Assembly: GCA_013416795.1 (NCBI GenBank)
Contig: RQSC01000030.1
Coordinates: 117,860-130,373, forward strand
DNA length: 12,514 nt
From: Prasinococcaceae sp. CCMP 1430
Lineage: Eukaryota; Plantae; Prasinodermophyta
Reading direction: 5' to 3'
Under the pieces are notes generated by a model. The model was not told the origin of the DNA and did no database searches. It saw nothing but the letters and a program-made list of their open reading frames with translations. Positions within the stretch are counted from its first letter, which is position 1; each line of letters opens with the position of its first letter. The position numbers were made by a program, and so were the translations under genes. Of this stretch, positions 1 through 7,813 are shown piece after piece.

Positions 1-322
1 CGCGCGGCACCGCGCGCGCGGCGCCGCGCGCCCAAGGCGCCTCGGTCGCTGCCCGTCCTCCCCACCTCGTGCGTGATCGCGTCGGTGGTGGGCATGGGAA
101 GGGCGGCGCGCGCGCGATCACGCGACGCGTGCGCCGCATCCGGCGCGAGGGTTTTGGGCATGCGCGTGCGCCAGCCAAAAAAAAAAATGGGGTGGGGCGC
201 CGCGGCAAGCCGAGCCCGGCGCGGCGCACCGGCCCGCCCCGCCGTTGTGCGCGCGGCTTTCCCCCCGCCTCTGCGCGCCGTCTTTGCTCGCCCGGCCTCT
301 CGTCCTCTCGTCCTCGCTTTCC

Positions 323-340
323 CTCTCTCTCTCTCTCTCT
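323..340. repeat. (CT)9 microsatellite
   Basis: ctctctctctctctctct read directly from the sequence. Confidence 0.85.
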
Positions 341-1074
341 GCCCGCCCTCTGTCGCCACTTGCCGACCCTTGGCCAGCGCTTTCATGACATGAGGCTCTG
401 CGGCGCCCACACGCCGGCGGCTGTGAATGCGCGATTGGCAAGGGAGGTAGAGAGAAGAAGGGGGAGGAAGAGACAGAGAGGCCGGGAGCGAGCGTCATCC
501 GCCGCCGCCCGAAGCTGCGGCTTTGCGAGCTCCTTGGAGCTCGACGAGAGCGTCGCGCGCGACCCTGGAGACACCCCGCTGCCACTGGCTGCGGCGCAGC
601 CCCAATGGCCCGCGTTCCCTCTCATGCTTGCGGCTGACGCGCGCGCGCGATTCCCGCCGACGCCGCTGCCCTCGCCGACGACGCTGCCATCGTCATCCCC
701 GCAGGAGGTCACCGAGGAGGAGCTCGACGCGTGAGCGCCGCGTGTGTACACTGCGTGGGGGGGAGGTGTGAGTAACTAATCAGGCCAGGCCGTGGCCAGG
801 CCGCGGCATTCGCTAGCCACCAACCTGCCGGAAGCCGCACTCGCCGCGAGCGCAGGGCGCGCTGCCGCGCGCATGTGAGCCAGCGCGTGCCCTCGCGCGT
901 CCTCGCGCGTCCTCGCGCGCTCGCGCGCGTGCACGAGTGCGCGTAAGTGCAAGGTCGCTCCGCGGGCATGTCACATGCGCGCGCGTGTGCAATTGCGGAC
1001 GAGCTCGCGAACGCGGCGCCGCCACACCGCGCGACGGGGGCGGGGCCGCGGCGGCGTCGACGGCGTGCGACGAG

Positions 1075-1250
1075 NNNNNNNNNNNNNNNNNNNNNNNNNN
1101 NNNNNNNNNNNNNNNNNNNNNNNNNNNNNNNNNNNNNNNNNNNNNNNNNNNNNNNNNNNNNNNNNNNNNNNNNNNNNNNNNNNNNNNNNNNNNNNNNNNN
1201 NNNNNNNNNNNNNNNNNNNNNNNNNNNNNNNNNNNNNNNNNNNNNNNNNN
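1075..1250. other. Assembly gap (176 N)
   Basis: Run of N. ORFs in the track that cross it are not meaningful. Confidence 0.99.
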
Positions 1251-1274
1251 CCCCCCCCCCCCCCCCCCCCCCCC
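1251..1274. repeat. Poly-C tract (24 C) at the gap edge
   Basis: Homopolymer directly abutting the gap. It probably caused the gap, so its true length is uncertain. Confidence 0.85.
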
Positions 1275-1360
1275 GGGCTTCCTTCTGCGGCGCCATTCGC
1301 GTGCGGTGTGCGTGCGATCGCGGCGCCGCCGGCATTTTCGCGCGCGCTCGCGCGCGTGCA

Positions 1361-1378
1361 GGGCAGGGCAGGGCAGGG
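1361..1378 (+). other. Canonical G-quadruplex motif GGG-CA-GGG-CA-GGG-CA-GGG
   Basis: Four G3 runs with 2-nt loops, about 150 bp upstream of the ankyrin gene ATG. Folding is not demonstrated. Confidence 0.45.
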
Positions 1379-1526
1379 CGGGAGCCGCGTCGTGTGGGCG
1401 CAGCCGCGGCGGCGCCACTCGGCGCACGCCAGGCGAGAACGCGCGTGCGTTCTATCCAGTGCCCACCTGTCCTCAGCTCGCCCCAGTTTCTCCTTCCCCT
1501 CCCGCGCTTGCCTTTTCGGCGTCGCC

Positions 1527-2489
1527 ATGCCAGGCACTCGCGTGCGCTCCGGCGATGTCTGGAATGCGGTGAGGGGGGGCGATGCTCGCAAGCTCAGGCG
1601 GCTGCTCCGGGCGGGCGCCGACAAGGACGAGAGTGTCGCCTCTCCTGATGGTGGCAAGTTTACGGCATTGCTTGGCGCAGCGTCGATGGGCAACGCAGAC
1701 TGCGTGCGATTGCTGCTGGAGGCGGGCGCCGACCCTGACAAGGGATTCCGGGGCCCAGATGGGGTCGAGTTCTCTTCGCCTGCACACATGGCAGCTCTTA
1801 GCGGGCATGCTGACTGCCTCCGAACGCTGCTCGAGGCGGGGGCCGACCGAGACATGGAAGGCGAGGACGGACTGACTCCTGCGCTCGTTGCGGTCGACCA
1901 AGGGTGCACCGAGTGCCTGAAAATACTGCTCGAAGCGGGCGCCGACAAGGACAAGGCAGATCGCAACGGGGACACTCCACTGCACGTCGCCGCAAGGAAG
2001 GGGCACATTGAGTGCGTCACAGTCCTGCTCGAGGACCGGGAGGTGGACGCGGTGACCTTCGAGGTGGCGCGCATCGAGGTCTGGAGGCCCCTGCGGCGGC
2101 AGGGCCGCGTGGCGTCGCTGCTGGACGCGCTCGCCCGCGGCGAGCTCGCTGTGGGCGCGGACGCGCTCCTCGTGGAGAACGTGGTCAACGCGAGCCTCGC
2201 TGCGGCGCTGCGGAGGCGCGGCTGGACGGAGGTGCGCGGCGAGCGCCGCGCCGACTGGGAGGGCATGCGCGCGGGGCGCTACGTCGCGCCACTCAACCGC
2301 AGCTTCTACGCCTTCGTCGACCAGCTCCAGGCGCGAGCAGCGGAGCCGGCCGACGCCGCCGCGCCGCCGAGCGACCGCGCGCCGGAGCGGCCGCAGCAGC
2401 CGCAGCGCGACCCTCGCCCGGCTCGAGCGCCGAGCGCGGACGATGGGTCGATCGTCCTCGCGAGCGCGAGAGCCGGGCAGCAGGGATGA
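1527..2489 (+). CDS. Ankyrin-repeat protein with a C-terminal GNAT-like (acetyltransferase-fold) region, 320 aa
   Basis: ATG at 1527 (gtcgccATG), single ORF to TGA 2487-2489. About 5 ANK repeats, e.g. GLTPALVAVDQGCTECLKILLEAGAD and GDTPLHVAARKGHIECVTVLLE (1527-2033). These are followed by FEVARIEVWRPLRRQGRVASLL...LLVENVVNASLAAALRRRGW, which resembles GNAT motifs A/B. The ANK call is strong; the GNAT call is pattern-based only. Confidence 0.8.
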   Translation: MPGTRVRSGDVWNAVRGGDARKLRRLLRAGADKDESVASPDGGKFTALLGAASMGNADCVRLLLEAGADPDKGFRGPDGVEFSSPAHMAALSGHADCLRTLLEAGADRDMEGEDGLTPALVAVDQGCTECLKILLEAGADKDKADRNGDTPLHVAARKGHIECVTVLLEDREVDAVTFEVARIEVWRPLRRQGRVASLLDALARGELAVGADALLVENVVNASLAAALRRRGWTEVRGERRADWEGMRAGRYVAPLNRSFYAFVDQLQARAAEPADAAAPPSDRAPERPQQPQRDPRPARAPSADDGSIVLASARAGQQG

Positions 2490-3879
2490 GCGTGCCCCGC
2501 TCTCTCCTCTCCTCTACTATTGTATACGTCATGTGCAGTATTCTTGCCTTTCGCTATCGGTCTGTGTAATGTGTCGCGATCGTGCTCTTCCTCTGCTGCC
2601 GTACGCGCGATGTGTAGCAATCGCGCGTTGCCGCTGCTGTTGCGTGCGTGACGTGCAGCGCCCGGCCCACTCGGCGCGCGTCGGCGCTGTGAGGGCACAC
2701 TGGCGCGCGGTGCGCGCGCCGACCAGGGCGGACCAGGGCGCGCAGACGCCAGGTAGGCAGAGGGCACGTGCGCGCGCGCAGCCAGAGAGGTGGGACAGGG
2801 GCGAGGGCAGAGAGTCGCACGCTTGAATTATACAGACAATGACAATAGAGCACGCACACTCACACGCACACGCATGCGTCATAAGTTGGTGGACTGCATC
2901 ACTTCATGACCGGGGCTGGCGCCATCTGCCCGACCGGTTGCGCCTGCACCACGGGCGTCGCCTGCACCATCATCGGTGCGGCGACGACGGGGGGCGAGGT
3001 CACGACGGGCGGCGCGCCGACGACGGTCACCCCGGCCGGTACCATGCGCTCGTCGCACGGGCAGCAGCACACGAAGGGGAAGAGAAAGATGCCTGCGCGT
3101 GTGCGGTGCGTTTGGTAAGGCGTGGGTCAGAGCTATGAGCGCAGTGAGAGGCAAGCAAGGCACGCCACACCACGCCACGCGCCGCATCGCGCGCGCGGGA
3201 ATGCGCCCACACTTTCACACACGCGCAGACGCGCTCACACTCACACTCCCACGCGCTCACGCGCTCACACGCTCACGCGCTCACACGCTCACTCGCGCGC
3301 GATCATAAGTGCCCCTCGCCCATGCGCACCGATGACCCATGTGATGGGCCCGCAGTATTTTTCAGGCACCTGCATCTGCATGACCATCGGCGTCGGCGCC
3401 ACGGCGGCGACGGGCGGCTGCTGCACAACGGCGACCCCCGGCTGGGCGTACATGGCCGAATGCGGGAGGTGCCGCCTTGAAACCAGAGAAGTGTGTTTGC
3501 GTACGCACGTGTGCGCGCGCGCGCGCGTCTGTGCGCATGTGGCCGCGTGTGCGTGTGGTGGAGACCGGGGGGGAGCCTTTCGGGTCTCCCCAAAGGAGGG
3601 GTGCAGCGCACACTCGGCTGCGTGTCCGCCCGGCCGAACGAGCACTCACTCACACGCACGCGCGCTCCCTCCGCCGGCCGGCGCCCGCGCGACGCCCTCT
3701 CGCCCTCGCACCACCTCCCCCGCGCGGCGTGCGGGATCCCCGCGCCGTGTCCCGTGAGAAACGCTCTGGATTCCATAAATAAGAGATTTATAGTGATCTA
3801 TGGCGAGATGGAATCCTTGAAGTATAATGAGGGGTTCCACGATGCCGTTCCCCCCGTGCGCGCACGGGGGCGCGTGCGC
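2445..3879. repeat. Tandem segmental duplication, unit 1 (ANK gene tail + small membrane-protein gene + upstream region)
   Basis: 2445-2518 recurs at 3880-3953 (gggtcgatcgtcct.gcgagcgcgagagccgggcagcagggatgag...). Exons, intron and upstream landmarks (cgctctggattcc, ggcgagatgga, gccgttccccc) recur in the same order in unit 2. Confidence 0.9.
2899..3453 (-). CDS. Small Pro/Val-rich protein with a Cys-rich hydrophobic segment (CYSTM/LITAF/BRI3-like), copy 1, 105 aa, 2 exons
   Basis: Exon 1 is 3453-3330, intron 3329-3093 (GTGCGC...GCGCAG), exon 2 is 3092-2899. Spliced product: MYAQPGVAVVQQPPVAAVAPTPMVMQMQVPEKYCGPITWVIGIFLFPFVCCCPCDERMVPAGVTVVGAPPVVTSPPVVAAPMMVQATPVVQAQPVGQMAPAPVMK*. Splice phases match and are conserved in the paralog. 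The family assignment is by resemblance only. Confidence 0.8.
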
Positions 3880-4900
3880 GGGTCGATCGTCCTTGCGAGC
3901 GCGAGAGCCGGGCAGCAGGGATGAGCGTGCCCCGCTCTCTCCTCTCCTGTACTGGTTGCACCAGGGGCGTAGCCTGCATCATGGCGCGGCGACGACGGGG
4001 GGCGAGGTCACGGCGGGCGGCGCGCCGACGACGGTCACCGGGACCGTCACCATGCGCTCGTCGCACGGGCAGCAGCACACGAAGGGGAAGAGAAGGAGGC
4101 CTGCGCGTGTGTGGTGCGTTTGGTAAGGCGTGGGTCAGAGCTATGAGCCTATGAGCGCAGTGAGAGGCAAGCAAGGCACGCCACGCCACGCCACGCGCCG
4201 CATCGCATCGCGCGCGCGCGCGCATGCACCCACACTTCCACACACGCGCAGACGCGCTCACACTCACACTCCCATGCGCTCACACGCTCACACGCTCACA
4301 CTCGCGCGCGATCACAAGTGCCCCTCGCGCAAACGCACCGACGATCCATGTGATGGGCCCGCAGTATTTTTCCTTCACCTGCGTCTGCATCATCATCGGC
4401 GTCGGCGCCACGGCGGTGACGGGCGGCGGCGGCACAACGGCGACCCCCGGCTGGGCGGACATGGCCGAGTGCGGGAGATGTGTGCTTGTGTGCACGCGCG
4501 CGCGCGTGTGAGTGTGTGTCTGTGCGCGTGTGGGCGTGTGGGCGTGTGGTGGGTGGGTGGTGGGGGCGAGACGGCGGTTCTGCCCAGAGGAGAGGGTGTG
4601 GCGCACGCTCGGCTGCGTGCCCGCTCGGCCGAACAAGCACTCACTCGCGCACGAACGCACAGACACGCACACACGCACGCGCACGCACGCTCTTTCCGCC
4701 GGCCGGCGACTGCGCGCCGCTCGCGCCCTCGCAGAGAACTCCCGCCCGCGCCCGCGCTGTTCCTCGCAACCGCTCGCGGAATCCTCGTGCCGCACCTCGG
4801 CGGAAGCGCTCTGGATTCCGCTCAGAAGCATGTGATTTTTACTCAAGGAAGGCGAGATGGATTCCTCATTGTTGAGGGATTGCGCGGCGCCGTTCCCCCG
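3880..4900. repeat. Tandem segmental duplication, unit 2 (diverged, with an internal deletion of about 0.4 kb)
   Basis: Homologous to 2445-3860 but lacks the equivalent of about 2519-2934. The right boundary is approximate and falls in a (GC)n run. Confidence 0.85.
3979..4462 (-). pseudogene. Copy 2 of the small Cys-rich membrane protein, truncated to 81 aa (pseudogene or shortened paralog)
   Basis: Exon 1 is 4462-4339, intron 4338-4101 (GTGCGT...GCGCAG), exon 2 starts at 4100. A 1-nt deletion (CCG ATG -> CC ATG) gives CCA TGA, with the stop at 3981-3979. Product: MSAQPGVAVVPPPPVTAVAPTPMMMQTQVKEKYCGPITWIVGLLLFPFVCCCPCDERMVTVPVTVVGAPPAVTSPPVVAAP*. Start, splice sites and core motif are intact, so it may still be functional. 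Confidence 0.7.
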
Positions 4901-5450
4901 CGCGCGCGCGCGCGCGCGTTCGACGCGCGGTAGTCGTTCGCGCGCGTTCGTCGCGTGTGCGTGTGCGTGTGCGTGCGCGTGCGCGTGCGCGCGTGTGTGC
5001 GTGTGCGTGTGCGTGTGTGCGTGTGCGTGTGCGTGTGCGTGTGCGTGTGCGTGCGCGCGCGCGCGTGCGCGCGCGAGCGAGCGCGCGGCGTCCGTGTCCG
5101 GCGAGCGGTACGCCGCGCGCGCCGCGGGCGCCCCCGCGGTGACGCTCTTCACCAAGGAGGGCTGCACGCTGTGCGACAAGGCCGTCGAGGCCCTGCTCGC
5201 CGTGCGCGACGCGCACGACCACTCGCTCACCGCCGTCGACATCACCGACGACGCCAACGCGCGGTGGCACGCCATGTACAAGTACGACATCCCGGTGCTG
5301 CACATCGACGGCGCGTACTGGACCAAACACCGCCTCAGCGCCGAGGAGGCGGCCGCCGCGCTGGGGGAGAGCGCCGCCGGCGGCTTTGCGGCGCGGCCCG
5401 GCGAGCCCGATGCGGAGAGGCTCGAGCGGCGCGCCGCCGAGGGGAAGTGA
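4857..5450 (+). CDS. Glutaredoxin-like protein (DUF836 / C5orf63 / YDR286C-like, thioredoxin fold)
   Basis: From 5139: VTLFTKEGCTLCDKA (CxxC at 5163-5174)...AVDITDDANARWHAMYKYDIPVLHIDGAYWTKHRL, the typical DUF836 pattern. Stop is TGA 5448-5450. The domain is confident; the start at ATG 4857 and the status of the 4953-5075 repeat (intron or coding) are uncertain. Confidence 0.8.
   Translation: MDSSLLRDCAAPFPRARARARSTRGSRSRAFVACACACACACACARVCVCVCVCACACACACACACARARARASERAASVSGERYAARAAGAPAVTLFTKEGCTLCDKAVEALLAVRDAHDHSLTAVDITDDANARWHAMYKYDIPVLHIDGAYWTKHRLSAEEAAAALGESAAGGFAARPGEPDAERLERRAAEGK
4953..5075. repeat. 123-bp uninterrupted G-pyrimidine alternation, (GTGTGC)n/(GC)n compound microsatellite
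   Basis: G occupies every second position from 4953 to 5075. Such alternation is Z-DNA-prone. Confidence 0.9.
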
Positions 5451-5652
5451 GGCGGCGCGCGCGCACACGCAAACGCACACACGCACGCGGCATCATGCGG
5501 GCGCGCAGACACACACGCGTGCACACACACGCGCACGCGCGCACGCACGTGCCGGTGCTGTACACCCGACGCTGCTCACGTACACGTAACACACACATGT
5601 ACATATGAACAACACATTTACGTATACATGGGGCGCTAGTGGCCTGCCTCTG

Positions 5653-6073
5653 TCACTGTGGAGACGTGGACGCGCCGAGCATACCCGCGCCTGCGATGAG
5701 CACGCACGAGGCGGCAAAGAAGGCTGCTATGGGCGGGCCGCCCCTGATCTCCCCGAAGCAGAAGACGCCCCAGAGACCCCCCACGAGCAGCGAGCACTGC
5801 AGCAGGGGATACGCGACCGCGTATCCCAGGCGCGGAATCGCCGCGATGCTCAGGCCGTTCCCCACGTTCCACAGCACGCCGCTACACACTCCCGCCCACG
5901 CCGTTTGCCTCACCTTGAGTCGAGCGAGCGAGCGAGCGGTTGCACGGAGCACGTCCGACCGATGCCGTGGATAGCAACAGGCGCGCGTCAGCTGTGTGAG
6001 CCAGAGGTCGCTCGGCGTTGCGGGGCACAACCACGCCCGCGTGCGCACGCACACGCGCGTGCGCGCGCGCGCG

Positions 6074-6133
<60 letters not shown>

Positions 6134-7045
6134 GGCGCGCGCGCGCGCGCTCACCTTGATGTCGGGAACGCCGCCCTCCTTGCACGCGATTCCGGCAGCC
6201 ACCACCAGCGATGCCGCCAAGGCGCCGAGACCGAAGGACGGAAGGAACGCGAAGCCAACCGCGCGCGTCTCGAAGTGCATCGGCACGAGAATGGAGCCAT
6301 CAGAGACGCCAACAAGCAGAGAGTAGGCGAGTCCGAGTGCGCGCTGGCCGGGTGCCGGCGCTGCCGCGGGCGCCGGCGCCTCGACCTCGAAGGCGGCCGC
6401 GGTGAGCCCCTCCGCGGACGGGGCCGCGGACGGGGCCGTGGGTGCGCCGACGCCTGCCGACGTCGACGGAGCGCGCTCGCCAATGCGCTCGTACTGATGC
6501 ACGCCTCGCGGGCCAGCGTACCCCAGTCTGCGGGCCGCGAAGTCTCCCACCTCCGCGCAGGCAGCTATGCCTGCGATTGAGGCGACGAGGCAGGCCAGGC
6601 CGAGCGCGGCGAGCACCGGGCTCTCCACTCGGTTGCCCAGCGCTGCCACGCCCCAGGCGAAGCTCACGAGGACGGCCACACCACCCCACACCGACTGCGC
6701 CGTCCCGAGGCCGACGAGCGGAATCGCCGCGAACGTGCCGGAGATCGCCACGGCGAAGAGCACGCCGGCCAGCACGCCGTTGCCGCTGAGCATGAGCGAC
6801 GTCGTCTGCGGCGCCTCGGCGTCGAGCGTGGCCCACCGGTTGGCGTACGCACACAGCGGCGGCGCGCACGCGAGCGAGGAAAGAACCACGCCGAGCGACG
6901 CGTACAGCTGGAACGCCGCGGGCGGCGCGGCCGCGGCAGCGACGCTCGGGAGCTTGGAGAGCGCGGCGAAGGACCCGTTGGCGGCCGCGGCCAGCGCGGA
7001 CAGCACGTAGCCCGCGGCCAACGGGGCCGACGCCGCGCCGAGCAT
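5653..7045 (-). CDS. TMEM144-like / GRP-family drug-metabolite (DMT) transporter, about 383 aa, 2 exons
   Basis: Exon 1 is 7045-6155 (MLGAASAPLAAGYVLSALAAAANGSF...GLGTAQSVWGGVAVLVSFAWG...LVGVSDGSILVPM...PDIK), intron 6154-5914, exon 2 is 5913-5653 (VRQTAWAGVCSGVLWNVGNGLSIAAIPRLGYAVAYPLLQCSLLVGGLWGVFCFGEI...). About 10 hydrophobic segments form two halves, with the NGSF and WGVFxFxE motifs characteristic of TMEM144. Confidence 0.85.
5914..6154 (-). other. 241-nt phase-0 intron of the TMEM144-like gene, containing (AC)27 at 6077-6130
   Basis: Donor AAG|GTGAGC at 6154 and acceptor CTCAAG|GTG at 5914 join PDIK to VRQT in frame. An alternative in-frame CAG acceptor near 5992 would add 26 non-homologous residues. 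Confidence 0.75.
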
Positions 7046-7097
7046 CGCACGACGCGCGCACGCGCGCGCGCACCGCGTCCGGCGCCACGCCCGACCA

Positions 7098-7170
7098 ACA
7101 CACACACACACACACACACACTCACGTGCACAGGCACACACAGGCACACACGGGCACACACAGGCACACA
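7098..7170. repeat. (AC)12 followed by four copies of the 10-bp unit CAGGCACACA (one variant CGGGCACACA)
   Basis: (AC)n at 7098-7121 and 10-mers at 7131, 7141, 7151 and 7161, just upstream of the TMEM144-like ATG. Confidence 0.8.
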
Positions 7171-7288
7171 CACACACACACACGCTCCCCAGCCCCGCGG
7201 GGCGCGAGCGCGCGCGCCCTCTGCCACCGCGCTCGCGCCCAACGCCGCCCGCCGACGCATCCGGGTTCCGGCCCGCCCCTGCCACGCC

Positions 7289-7372
7289 CAATACGCCCTA
7301 TTTGAGGTTTATTAAGTAGGGTCTGTATTACTCTCCCGTGGGTAATTATGATATCTAAAATTTATTGTCATT
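7289..7372. promoter_or_regulatory. AT-rich island, candidate bidirectional promoter between the TMEM144-like and vasohibin genes
   Basis: aatacgcctatttgaggtttattaagtagg...gtaattatgatatctaaaatttattgtcattg stands out from a very GC-rich background and lies between divergently transcribed genes. Function is inferred. Confidence 0.45.
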
Positions 7373-7813
7373 GTGCTGCGGCCGCGTTGCGTTCCCCGAG
7401 CGCGCGCGGCCCGCATCGGGCGCGGTTCGAACGGTGCGCTCTGCGGCGGCGCGGCGGCGTGCGTGCGTGTGTGCGTGGTGTGTGTGTGGACGGCGGTTCT
7501 CCCCCCCCCCCCACCACCACCACCACCCGCCTGTGCGCCACACGGCGCGCGCCGCGTGCGCGCGCCGGGCCCGTGTCCCATCCCCCTTTCCCTCTCCCGG
7601 GCAGGGGAGCGGAGATGGCGCCGCCGCCGCGCCACGCGCGGCGAGGCGGCGGCGAGCACGGGTCTTCCAAAGCTTCCCGCCGCGGAGGACTTCTTGGCCA
7701 TTGCTATCGTGTTTGACCGCAGCGNACGTGAGAAGGTGCATTCTGATGCGAAGGAACAGGGATAGACGGGTTGGGCGTACCAAGGCGCGTCGCGCACGGA
7801 CTCGCCGGCCGAG

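Noticed and set aside
69-734. 221-aa ORF and overlapping ORFs in the first kb
   Set aside because: They start at GTG or other weak codons, have Arg/Ala/Pro-rich GC-driven translations that cross microsatellites, and show no domain signal.
709-2266. ORFs spanning the N gap (709..1335, 813..1427, 937..1572, 947..1648, 971..2266, and the 975 start)
   Set aside because: They are open only because N codons contain no stops. 971..2266 is the antisense shadow of the ankyrin gene.
2565-2569. TGTAA downstream of the ANK gene as a chlorophyte-type poly(A) signal and taxonomic clue
   Set aside because: It is a single 5-mer and is not found behind the other genes, so it is insufficient evidence.
3560-3596. 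Inverted repeat ggagacc...ggtctcc as a structured RNA or riboswitch
   Set aside because: The stem is only 7 bp, is not conserved in the paralogous unit, and is expected by chance at this GC content.
4280-5548. 422-aa minus-strand ORF
   Set aside because: It is the antisense of the glutaredoxin-like gene plus microsatellite translation. Only the embedded MSAQPG...ITWIV exon is real.
7131-7170. Regularly spaced 10-mers as a CRISPR-like array or telomeric repeat
   Set aside because: They are contiguous tandem units with no spacers, in a eukaryotic context, and do not match known telomere motifs.
5882-7291. 469-aa single-exon reading of the transporter ORF
   Set aside because: The N-terminal 82 codons are repeat-derived (VCVCVC), and the part after 6155 is intron read-through.
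7725-7725. Single N as a second overlap-type contig junction
   Set aside because: The sequence after it does not repeat earlier sequence, unlike 11163. It is treated as an ambiguous base, although it may obscure the vasohibin 5' end.
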